Of a DNA stretch of 64,000 nucleotides, positions 1-11,343 are shown in pieces. Source of the stretch: Carpediemonas membranifera BICM (taxonomy: Eukaryota; Protista; Fornicata); NCBI GenBank assembly GCA_019828565.1, contig JAHDYR010000011.1, forward strand, positions 421,314 to 485,313, written 5' to 3'. Each line of letters begins with the position of its first letter. Within the stretch, counting starts at the first letter, position 1. A model generated the notes under the pieces. It did not search any database. It was not told the origin of the DNA and was given only the letters and a program-made list of their open reading frames with translations. A program made the position numbers and the translations under genes.

Positions 1-80
1 CCACACGGCATCTTGTCTCATAAAATGACTGTTTATTGCCCTAAATTTGTGCTGCGGCGTGACCGAATCGAAACGAGAAC

Positions 81-1745
81 ATGAAGCCTCACCAAAAGGC
101 AGATACTGTGATTACGGCGGGAGGAATACCAGCAATACTACTCCCCGATGACTTTGAGTCATTTGTTGCGGCCTGTGATGAAGCAGGCATTCGTTCGCGC
201 CCAGCACCACGTTCTCCGTCGCAGTGGACAAGAATGGCTTCAACAGCGAGCTAGATCTGGCCATGGTGCCTCAGCATGCGCTTATGGGGCCGACAGTGGG
301 CGATGGTATCCTTACCAACAAGAGCATCCCCAACGACGCAGTCATTGGCATATACTGCGGCAAGATCATCCCCTCGAGCCCGAACCCGGTGCAGTCACGA
401 CCTACGTGACGAGGCTCAAGCAGCCTAACAACTTTGTTGTTGACTCCGGCCGGCCTCACGTTCGGCTGTCACAAGATCAACGATGGTGCTCGCTTTCTAC
501 AACGTCGTACCGGGGACGGCTCTACGTTAATGTGCAGGTGGGGACCAGAAGAAGCGTCTTCCGTCATTCTTACTTGGCGGATCGCGCTATTGCCAAGTTC
601 GAGTACCTCTCGATCGAGTATGGCGAGCAGTACTGGCGTGGACGCAAGCCCATGGCCCTCTACCCCTGTCTGAGAAGAGCTTGCTGAGGTTGAGTATGAG
701 GAGATCAACGATGTCTTAGACGCCGTTCTTCCTAACCTAAATTGAGATCCCAACAATTCATTGCTTTCAAAAGTTCAAGGGTCCTTCTACCTGGCCCATC
801 ATCACTGGGATCCTCGTGCTTGGCGCCCACATCCCCGATGTCACCCAAAAAGATCTAGAATTTTTCCGGAAAATCGGCTTCCGACAATTTTCATTGATCC
901 CCTGACGCTCGATGGAACTGGATATTGCGTATCAACTGGTTGCTCTGAAGGAGATGAAGTCTATTGAGTCTCTTAAGATCAATTCCATCACGATTCAGAA
1001 GGAAAAGGTCCGGAAAGCTGTCATTCTTGCTTTCGCGCAGTCTCCCGCGGGTAAGAAGTGGGTAACGAGCACACTGAGGCTCTGTGCTGACTCGCTACAG
1101 CGCTTCGATCCAGTACAACGTGCAGAGCATGTTGTTTGGCATGAACTCCAACGCCACATTCAACGAGGAGGCAGCAATAGCGACTCTGCGCGTTCATGAG
1201 AGGCTCGTGACCCCGCTACACCAGTCAGTCTTCGCTAACATGGTCAGGGCCAAGCACAAGACACCGACTCTAGACGATTTCCTCGATACCGCGTGTGTCT
1301 TCCCCGACTTTTTACTGAGTTGGATCGCCTTGCCGCATGGGTGGGTGAGCGCAACCCCAGTGTCTGGGTCATCATGACGGAGGCTCGTATTACTGGCGTT
1401 TTAGATGGTGAGATCTATGAGCCGCTGCTTCGGGCCGTTGCTGACGACGTTGATAGATTCACGTTCGGCAGCCCTGAAAAGTTCCTCCAGTTAACCGACA
1501 CGAGCCTTGACTATGCCGTCGAGAGTGTCCAGATCAAGGACTATGCCAATCGTCGCTGCCTTGTCAAGTGGATCGGGTATCCTGTGCCTGTCACCGTTCC
1601 GCTGACCGATACGTTGCGTGAGCTGGAGGCTGGGGAAACCCTCGGGGTTTGTGGGCGTGCGACGGGAGATAACCTTCTGGGCGGGGTCGTACAACCGGGG
1701 AAAATTCAGAACAATCTTTTTCAGGCGTCGGGAACCCGAGCGTGA
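81..1745 (+). CDS. SET-domain (vSET-like) plus C-terminal chromodomain protein, multiply frameshifted
   Basis: Pieces in ORFs 224, 148, 434, 912, 1084, 1293. SET motifs GDGILTNKSIP..IGIYCG, KINDG and EYLSIEYGEQYW; chromodomain YAVESV..CLVKWIGYP. Confidence 0.65.
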
Positions 1746-1814
1746 CGTTTCTGAGGAGTAAATCAAGATAATATTGTCCAATGAGGCTCTTTTACATCGC
1801 CTTCTAGCTCGATA

Positions 1815-2003
1815 TTGATGTTGTTAGTGATTTTCTAGAGTACAGCACCAGTTTCGGTAATAGGGGACAGACGAGCGCAAACAACTACATGGCTCCGAAC
1901 TACACGCGTCTCGGCGTTGATATTGGTTATTAAAATGCACTGCTGGTAGCATATTGAGGGATTTCGTCATTGTACTCGAATGCACAAGTGTGCAGTTTAT
2001 GCT
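1815..2003 (+). repeat. ~190-bp inverted repeat, copy 1 (partner 8484-8672)
   Basis: ttgatgttgttagtgattttctagagtacagcacc...tgcagtttatgct is the near-exact reverse complement of 8484-8672. Confidence 0.95.
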
Positions 2004-2199
2004 TTTCGGCCAGCCGACGATATTTACTCACCACAGACAGCTGCATACAGGCTGTAGACTAGACATATACAGCAGGCTGAGTAATATAGCACCATACCCC
2101 CTACAAACCGCGAATCAACCCTCAAAGTCACATAAACATAAGCGATACGGTCGGTATATCAATCCTTTTACTCTTACTTCTTCACTGACCATCTCCCTC

Positions 2200-4200
2200 C
2201 TCTTCAGCCCGGGAGGAACCTTTGCGCAGAGTGGCGTGTCCCCTTGTCACTTCGACCGCATACTCGATTTCCCACTCGCGACACTGTTGGGCAAAACACG
2301 CCAGGGCGCTTCCGGCTGTTTTCGTTGGGCTTTAAACGCGACATGTGTCACCTTGCCCTCCTCAGACTTGCTAAAAAAACGTACATGCCGACGACTGGAT
2401 CGATCTTTGGGTCAAAAATCCCGGACAACATGGAGGTATGCAACGGACTTTCCAGTCATTGAGCACCAGGCTTCAACAGCCCACTGAGTTAACCACTTCT
2501 CCTGCATGATTGGCTTACCGATGTTGCTCTCCTCCGTGACAGTGTGTACACTGCACACTTCATGGAAAAAGTTCGTCCCGGAGACCCTTCCTCGGGCCGC
2601 CTGTACCCCCGGAGTGGCCCGCCGGTTCATCTCTATCGCTTCCTTTGTATATCTGCTCGCGGTAGCTGTCCGCCTTCGTCTCCCCGCTGCACACTGCTCT
2701 TCATTCGTCATCGTCTCCCCAGCTCTTGAACGCATGAGGCTCCGTGACGCCCTCGATCATCATGAGGCAGTGTTATACAGCTGCCGTGGGGCAGGGTTTT
2801 GTATCTGACCCACTGCTTGCTCTTTCTCCAGCTGATTGGCGACGCCAACTCTAAACTTGACTTCCCTGCTCCTCATCTGCTTCGAAGCTGGGTCGACGTG
2901 GTCGACCTGGACATATTCAACGTCCGACTCAGCCTCGAATGCCACCTCGTTGTCTGCCTCTTGCTCCTTATCTGCCTCACGCTTTCTCCTCTGACTTCTG
3001 CATTCACCTCTGACTCAGCCATCTCGTCCTCCTGCTCCTCCTCCTCTGCCCTCACCCTCCTCCACTGGCTCTTCTTCCTCCTCTGACTCCTCCTCCGGAG
3101 TCCTCTGGCCTGGCTCTTCGGGCTCAGCCTGGATGCAGGCGTCGCATTTGGTCACGTCCTCCCTCATGTGACTCCACCCTTCCTCTCCTCTGTCACCAGC
3201 TCCCTCGTGTGCTCTCGCGCTTCTTCTCCTCTGTCACCATCTCCTCCCTCGTCTGACTCCTCTGAGTTGTTATCGACATCAGCGATCTTCTGAGGGATTG
3301 TCATGAGGGCCTTGCGCTTCATGTGGATTTCGAGTCGCTCTTCCCCGTACGGCGGGGGTACTCGTTCGTGCTTGGTGTGTGCCCCGACTGGGGTAGGTCG
3401 CGGCGAAACGGCGCGGGTGTCGGGCTGGCACCCATGGAGATGTCAGCTGCGTACCCCACGTCTTGCAGCAGCCTCGTGACGGTCTCCTCCAGCTCGAGTA
3501 CTCTCTTCTGCGCCTTGTGATGGAGCACTCGTGCCTCCATCGGAAGAGATGGGAGGTCTTTGTGAATCCAGTCCTTCATTTCGAGCAGCTTGGATACGCG
3601 AAGGTATCTGTCGAACTGGACGTCGACGTGGTTGTCCCCAGCAACCGCAGCTGACTCTCGAGAGGCGCGAATGCGAAGCTCGCCGTGCACCTCCTTCTGG
3701 ACTCTATGCCACAGGACGTAGTTGCGAGCGTTATTGTCCTCCCCACTCCTTGAGCTTCTGGGCGATCTTTTCTTCGCGCCGGCGCTTGATCGCGCGTTCT
3801 CTAATCTCATCGTCGGACTCGTTGTCAAAGTCCACCTCACTCTCACTGTCGCACAACTCAGAATCGTCGACGCCGCTCTCTTCACCACTGTCCACGCCAC
3901 TCTCATCGTCGACGGGTTCTTTCTTAGCGCTCTCGGCCTTGCCCTTGCCCTTGTCCTTCTCCCTCGGTGTCAATGGCCTCAATAATGGCCTTTACGCGCC
4001 TTGCGCTTCTCCTGGCTATACACGATATCAGCCTGGTTGTCGTCAACCCACTTCGCCAGCGCGCCGGGCTTCTTGAACTTCTTGGTCCGGCGAGTGCCAT
4101 AAACTGCTTCTTCAACTTATCCTGGAGCTCCTCCTTCTCGTCCTTCGTGAGGCGGAATTTCGTGGTGATATGGTTCAGGTTGATTCCTATATAAGCATTG
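2200..4200 (-). CDS. Long acidic/charged hypothetical protein, frameshifted into ORFs 3924, 3731, 3319, 2760, 2412
   Basis: Consecutive - strand ORF fragments with coding-like E/D/K-rich composition; no recognisable domain; ends approximate. Confidence 0.4.
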
Positions 4201-5111
4201 CTATGACTACAAACGCTTCCTGATCACTAGATCGAGCAGTTTCCGTTCATCCAGCAAAACCGCGCGAAGAACAGCACATTTGGCATGATTGGTGGTTGCC
4301 TTGGTGTATGCAGCCAATATCGCATCGTACTGTTCTTGCTAGCGCTCTCAATCCACTTTTAGCAAGTCCATTTTCGGCACTATCAGCAAGAGAGCATAAA
4401 AAAATGGACATAGAGTGCCAAAAGTAATAAACTGAAACCATCCTCACGGCAACTATGTACCTAGGCGGCCCTCAGCACCTCCAATACCTTTCCGTATGTG
4501 CTTTTTTTGTCCGTCCCTACTTCGTCCCACGAACCAGAAAAAGCGCAAAGAGAGGGCTCTTTGAATATTTCCTATAACGGCAGCAGAGCATAAAACACGG
4601 TTCGAAAGGGCTGATTTTTATGCTCTCTTGCCGTTAGTTCAAGCCGAGGCACGCTTTCGGGCGAGCTCCGGCCAAGGGGTCCAGGAGTCAGCTTTTGGGG
4701 AAGGTCTGTGGTGCTATAACGTACCTCGGGACGCACTGTGGAGGCCCCTAGAGTACTCGGTCATGACATGTCAGACCAAGGGTCCCTCAAATCTGGCCCC
4801 CATTCAGGATGCTCCCCCTAAATGTTCCGTTGCAAGCGTCTGACGGGCGTTCTCTGGATACCGACCAAGATGGAGGTCACGTGGATCAACGGACGATAAT
4901 TACGGTATTCTGGCCATGCCTGGTACTCTCAAATCATCTATACTGATCAGTGCTCCATTTATAGTTCATATTGTTTGGTCCTGATGGACTTATAGTTGTT
5001 GATGTTGTTTAGGGATAATTGTTGCTTTAACGATGCTCTGCGCTCGCTTACTGATGTTTCTTAGTGATATGTGCATGCCTACTACGTTAAAGCTGCCAGT
5101 ATTCTTTCTAT

Positions 5112-5156
5112 TCTTAAGTTCGCCATTTCAGTCTCGTTGCGAGCATAAAGTGCACA
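5112..5156 (+). repeat. 45-bp direct repeat of 8454-8498 (TCTCGTTGCGAGCATAAA core)
   Basis: 3 mismatches in 45 bp. Core sub-motifs also at ~6910 (TCTCGTTGCGA) and 4391, 4586, 4616 (AGAGCATAAA, last one inverted). Confidence 0.9.
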
Positions 5157-5407
5157 TTGTGAAGGAAATTGGGTGGTTATATAATGGATACAGGGCAGGA
5201 AAAGGTACACGAATGCCGTCCTGAGGTTTGGCATGGGATACTGATCTCATACGTCAAAAAAATGGGCGGTGGTATTCGAATTTCAGAATTTCGGCATGTC
5301 CGAATTCCGAGGCAAGCGGGTAGGGTGTACAAAACCTGGTCTGGGTCCCTACTGGAGCTAATAGATAACAGTATCACCGTGTATTCGGTTTTCAGAAATA
5401 TAACTTG

Positions 5408-5607
5408 TGTTGGTATTGCTATTTCAGAATTACTTCCAGTACCGGAGATTGTCTTAGAATTTGGATGTTCATGACTACTTTAAAATTTTAAAAAGTTCCC
5501 ATGAACTCCACTCCAGCTCAGGATTGCGGATCTGAGCCAAGTTTAGGTCGAATCCAAGTATTTGATAATTTTTGTATGTACGAAATTCTGAAATTGCAAT
5601 ACCAACA
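5408..5607. repeat. 24-bp inverted repeat pair (5408-5431 / 5584-5607) just upstream of the YR-like gene
   Basis: tgttggtattgctatttcagaatt vs aattctgaaattgcaataccaaca (1 mismatch); partial copies at 5271-5293 and 5381-5399. Confidence 0.85.
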
Positions 5608-5621
5608 GAAAAACTCGTGTT

Positions 5622-6823
5622 ATGGAGGTTCTAGCTGCAAATAACGACGATATTGTTAAGCGCTGGTCTGATAGAGGTTCAGTGAAGACGCGTAGTGTGT
5701 ACAAGAAGCACCTGGAGGACGTTTTTGGCCAGCATTTGCCAGGAAACAGGCGCTGAAATGCAGAAGGGCATCGAGATTGTCCGAAGCGACAACGTTACGA
5801 CTTATTTGGCGCATTATTTCGCTACAAAGACGCCTGCTATGGCTAAGAGGATCGTTTCGGCTGTTCAGTCTTTCCGGAACTTCGACTTGCCACATCCCGC
5901 GAAGCCGTTGTCCTGGAAAGAGGAGGAAGAGGTGTCGCCTGCATCAGTTGAGAGTCTCCCCCAGCCCGTATGGCGCCATTGCCATTCTGCTCAACCAGAC
6001 GGGCTGGGAGTATTCGTATCTCCAAGGTAATCTCCCCGATGCGATAGACCTTACCTCGTGCCCGAGCTGGATGGGCTTTGGCACGCTCAAATCGGGATTC
6101 CCGCAGACCAGTGCTGTATCGGAGGCGCTCAAGGTTCAGGGGTTGACGGTTCGCATGCTTCGCTTTGCGCAGCGGATCGACGTGTCCACCGATAGGATGC
6201 AGTCTATCGGCACGCTAGAGCGCCGCGGCAGACCGCAGGAGAAGCCCTCAGAAGGTCATTAAGGACAAGCGCATCAGCCTGACCGATGAGCAGTTCAGGC
6301 ACCAGTTGGCGTCCAGTCACTTAACGACCACGCGGCGCCCAACGATCCTCGATCTCAACCCGGAGATCCGAAGCTCTGCCGACCTGGTGCCGCCGATGCT
6401 CGATGACTGGCTTTTACAACAGGCTCAAGGCCAGAATGATCGAGCTTCACGATACTAAGAAGAAAGAGAGGCAAAAGCGAGGCTGACAAGGAGGCGGAGT
6501 TCGGCTCGCCGACTCGCGAGACAGAGATGCCAGAGGGCGAGAGAGAGGGCGATACTGACGAGGAGGCGGTGTCCGACGAGCCAGCTTACCAGGCAGAGTG
6601 GATGCACTACGAGGTGCCAGCTCGCGAGGAGAGCGCCTTTGGTGAGGAGGTGGACTTATGCAAGAGTGCCGATGAGGAACCAAAGATCGACCACGACGAG
6701 CATGGCGGGGAGGTGGCGGGCAGAGATGGTGATGGGGAGATTCAAGAGAACGTGATTGATGAGGAGCGCTCAGAGAGCGATACTGCCGACAGTATCGTCT
6801 TTTTCCTTCATCTGACATTGTAA
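5622..6823 (+). CDS. Degenerate tyrosine-recombinase-like protein (XerD-like core-binding domain, reduced catalytic domain) with acidic tail, frameshifted
   Basis: SVKTRSVYKKHL and DNVTTYLAHYF..KRIVSAVQSFRNF resemble the SAM-like core-binding domain. AIAILLNQTGWEYSYL resembles LLxxTGxRxxEL and GLTVRMLRF resembles HxLRH. Confidence 0.5.
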
Positions 6824-6979
6824 AGAGGAAGAGTTTATGATTGGAGCATAGCTGATGTCCATAAACACCATTCATAAGCCAGTCCTGTCTTGTTTTCCAC
6901 TGCTACTTCTCTCGTTGCGACGCACAGCTAGCTGTCGCGAAATGCACTTTAAGACCAATTTTCACACAGCTACCTGTGC

Positions 6980-8280
6980 ATGGTGTTCGAGCTAGATAGC
7001 GACAAGCTGGAGCGACTTACTTCCTTACCTGGTAATAGTAGACAATATCTGCACGACTTTGAACCTGAAAAGCTGCAGGTCGTGATCAAAGTTGATGAGC
7101 ATTATGATATGGAGGTTCCCACCCTGCTAGCGCTCAAGGACAGTCCGCATGTCCTCCCTGTCGTCGATACAGGTTTTTGTCGACCGTGATCCAGCCTTCA
7201 TGGCTCCTTTGGTCAACTGTACCCCCTTCGCTGACATCTGCCAGGCTCACTCCAGCGTGCAGTTCCGCTATGTTTCGCATCTGCTGCAGGCAGTATGCTA
7301 CATGCATGACCACGGGGTTGTCCATTGCGATATTAAGCCAGACAACTTCCTCTTCAGCAAGAGTCAGAAGGGATACCTCATTGATTTTTGGGTCTGCAAT
7401 GAGGAAGCCGGCTAATGGCGACGACAGGTGGGCCATACAACTGAGATTCGCATCCGAGTATCGCGGCACCCATGGATATTTGCCCCCCAGAGCTTTTCTA
7501 CGAGTACCTTGTCTCGCGCTCAGTGATTCCTGCTGCACGCGACACCTCCAAGCTCGCGCGCATGACGGCAGGGGCTCTTTCCGTCACTTCTTATGTCGTG
7601 ACACCTGCATCGGACATTTACTCTTGCGGTGTAGTCATTTTTGATGCTCTTTTACGGTCTCCCCAAGTCCCCCTTTGCCGCGAAGGTGACTGACATGGGT
7701 GCAAACATGGCGCAGATCGACAACAAGAAGAAGAAGAAGATGCTGAAGCTTGGTAGCTTGCTGAACTGGTGCCAATTCTATGGTGGGCAGTTGCAGTTGT
7801 CACCTCAGGCACAGACACATTTCAAAGATTGCCTCGAGTGTGTCAACGTGAACTCTGAGCTCCCGATTCGCGGCACCACGCCACCTACTTGTCTCAGCCT
7901 GTACGACCTGGCAATGCAGATGCTCCACTTCGACCCCTGCGAAGCGTCCCACTGCTGCCGAATGTCTTGACAAGCTCAAGGTCATCATGCGCGTGCATGA
8001 ATGCGTCGCCAAGCCGAGTCCGCTTCTGTTAGATGATACAGAAGAGGTCACCCTGTCTGCAGCTCAGCGAAAGAGACTGACCGACTGCTGTCAGCGAGGG
8101 TTTGAGGGTCAAGTCTTCTATCGGCGCTGCATAGTGTGTGGTAGAGACCTTCATGGACGCGAGAACGTCAGCTGTGACACATGCCACAAGGGATACAGGC
8201 AGGTGAGCACCAATAAGTGCGCAAAAGGTGTGCGCGGAAGACTGCACAGGCAGTTTATTGCGATGATTGAGCGGACGTAA
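6980..8280 (+). CDS. Ser/Thr protein kinase with C-terminal Cys-rich (PHD-like) finger, frameshifted
   Basis: VVIK, HCDIKPDNFLF, LIDF(G), GTHGYLPPE, SDIYSCGVV, QMLHFDP..RPTAAECL; C-terminal CIVC..CDTC. Confidence 0.8.
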
Positions 8281-8483
8281 AAGAGATTGATACTTTCTGT
8301 GATGCAGGAATGAGATCAATGCTGCTGACAGGTCTCGAGATGGCAGAGGTGCTGGAGAAGAGAGAGCAGAAAAGGCATCAGAAGTAAATGAACGAGGTAA
8401 ATTCCAGTTCGCCGGAGATGATATCCTTCCTCGTACGCGGCATGTGTCTTGGGTCTTAAGTTCGCCATTTTAATCTCGTTGCG

Positions 8484-8672
8484 AGCATAAAATGCACACT
8501 TGTGCATTCGAGTACAATGACGAAATCCCTCAATATGCTACCAGCAGTGCATTTAATAACCAATATCAACGCCGAAACGCGTGTAGTTCGGAGCCATGTA
8601 GTTGTTTGCGCTCGTTTGTCCCCCTATTACCGAAACTGGTGCTGTACTCTAGAAAATCACTAACAACATCAA
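8484..8672 (-). repeat. ~190-bp inverted repeat, copy 2 (partner 1815-2003)
   Basis: Reverse complement of 1815-2003. Confidence 0.95.
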
Positions 8673-8996
8673 CTCCTTTTTCTCCGCAATGCAGATGAGA
8701 ATGCCTATTCTCGCGATCTATAACTACCAATCATGTTTTCATTCTTTACTCATACTTGCCACAGATGCACACATCCAGTGAGATCTCTCCTTCCTCATGG
8801 ACATCGATGTCTAACCATTGCCCGTCAAACACGAGCCCTACCTGCCTCAACACCTTCTTCCATAGACCATCCACTTGACCTTCAAACAGAGGTAACAGTT
8901 TCTGACAGTCTCCCTCGTCCAATGTTCCAGTGCCCTCGCTCCGAATACGGATCCAGTGTTTGGCGTCCTTGCAGCAGCGATGAACGCGCATTGTCT

Positions 8997-11304
8997 TCAG
9001 ACGTATTTGGTGGGGGAACGTCTGTTGACTGTCGCCCATACGAGACGACGCCACGGAGGAATCGGTAAAAACAACTCGACCTGCTCCTTCAATATCGTTC
9101 TCTCAAGGACCATCTGGTTGCGCCTTAAGTGTACTCTACTTTCCTGATTGCCAATAAAGTCGCGCTCGAATGACTCCTCAATAATCCGGCCAAGTGGGAC
9201 TCGGATTTTTGACTGAATCTCCGGCAACACAGCAACTCGCGCTAAGCCATGAAGTGTGTCGATGGAGGGAGCCTTCTTGGCTACCTTAGACGGCGGCCGG
9301 ATTGGAATAGACTCCGACACGGTGCTGGTCGTGCTCAGACACATTGTCAGTGAAAAGAGGTGAACAAGCAACGCTGTCAGTCGATGCCAGGTGATAATAT
9401 CATCTGTGGCCTCCTCGTGAGAGTAATAATGCTCTTGCAGGTAGGCAACGAGTCTGAAAAAGTGGCTGAACGGGGGAGGGAATGCCATGTAGAGACCGTT
9501 TCCAATTGACGCGATCATCTTCCTCCCCTTCACTTGCTCATTACAGCCAGTCGTGCGACTGGGAGGTTCAAACTTAGCCAGCCTGGCGAGGTCAGCGTTT
9601 CTGGCCTTCTTGGTCTTGATTTCCTCCGGGGTAGAGTCTGGGTCGACCTCAATTGGCTTGAACATCCGACAAATGTTGTGTATCAAGGAGACGAAGTCAT
9701 GACTGAGGTGCATGATCGGCGGGACAAGGAAGATTTTGCCCCTATCGAGAGTTGGGTCATCCGAGTTCTCGAATAGGCTGGGCATGATGCACTTATTCTT
9801 CTTGTTGTAGAACGACCCCCACTTCTTCTCTCTATCCAGGACTGTCTTGTCCTCAACAGACATCTTCTTCGCATACATCACGTCTGCAATCGTGTTTCGT
9901 GGGGTGAGACCGAATGGGCTCCAGGCCTTGTTGTCAGCATGTACCGAGCTGAATGGAGAGGGATAGCTGCCGCCAATCAAGGTTCCACAGACTTTTGACA
10001 TCGCTGGGTGGTCTGCGATGAACATAACGCGAGTGACACGGCACAGGAGACCGGTATTTCTCACCTCAAGTGACTCGCGATGGGTACTCTCGACTGAGCG
10101 CTCGATGAAGTCGAAGAATTCTCCAATGCGCTTCTCTGGTCCGTTGTACTCGAGTATGCGGAAGGGTGGTGTTCCGCCTGACGGGAAGACTTTGCCGGAG
10201 ACATCGATAAACCGAACCTTCACAGATGTAGTCAACCCTCGCCATCCATCGACCCAGACGAGAAGATCAAGCGGCACTGTCTGAGTCTCTTCAGCTTGAG
10301 TCTGCGCTGTCAACTGCTTGCCCACGTTCTTACGAGCAGCCCTTGACCTCTCGAGATCGATAGGCGAAGCCACCGCCTGGCGATAGTACCGCATGAGGTC
10401 AAACTCAGCGTGTTGCACATGGGAATACCTGCCGCTAGACTGGAGACGCGGGTTGAGACCGGCTCTCTTCATCACGTCATTATGTGCAGTTCGCTTCATT
10501 GCCGATTCGTAGAAGATGCACACCGTCGTACCTCTGAGCACTTCAGTGTTATAGTCGTCGCCGTCGAATGTAGCGTTGACTTGTTCGAGGTCTGCGTCGA
10601 CGTGGGTAATCAGGTCGAGGTCATACTCGCGGTGATCCTTGTCCGTCCTCTTTGCTCGTGTCTCTTGAGTGATCGCCATGGGTATGTAGCCCTTTAGGGC
10701 CTTTTTCAAGTTCCTATGCGACTTGACAATGGTCTCAACGTCTGCGATGTTCCGAATGCTGCACTGAAGCGACTTGACTTGGTTTGTGACCTGATTGATG
10801 TTGATAATGTCAAGGTTGAGTCTCTGTGCAAGGGCTTGCATGATGTGAATCTCGTCATTGACTGCATTCACGCCGATCGTGATGGCCCTGAGCTCGTTGG
10901 ACACCTGCAGAAGACGTTCAGTGTCAGCAATACGCTTACGTAGACGAGCATTCTCTGCCTCGAGGCCGAAGCTATCAGAATGCAGAACATATGCACCAAC
11001 GTAAAGGTGACTGGGACCAGAGCGGTGTGCCTTCTTCTCCCTTTGAGATGCTAGTGGATGATGGCGCTGGGTAGAGATTGCTAGAAATAGCCTCACGCGA
11101 TACAGCGCCGATATTGATTAGTTCCTGCGCGATGCGGGCTAGCTCGAGCCTTTGCTGGTGTTTGGAGGTATCAAATCCGTTAATACGGCGATCCACTGCG
11201 TCAATCGAGAGCCAGACGCTGCAAAGGATGGTATTGATGTCATCAGTGCCCTCCGGAGCATAGATAGATCCGTTAGACAGTTTCCACTTCAGTTGAAGCG
11301 CCAT
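8997..11304 (-). CDS. RAG1/Transib/Chapaev(CMC)-like DDE transposase (ORF 8997-11096; likely N-terminus in ORF 10975-11304 via frameshift)
   Basis: Ordered motifs LLVWVDGW (D1), MFIADHPAMSKVCG..GGSYPSPFS (D2 plus degenerate CxxC), VPPIMH, and TLHGL..VPLGRIIEESFE (E; compare Transib TVHK..LPIGQLSEEAQE). N-terminal coiled coil. Confidence 0.7.
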
Positions 11305-11343
11305 CTGTCAGTCGCTCTTTCAAGAATTCTAAAGATCCTAAAA

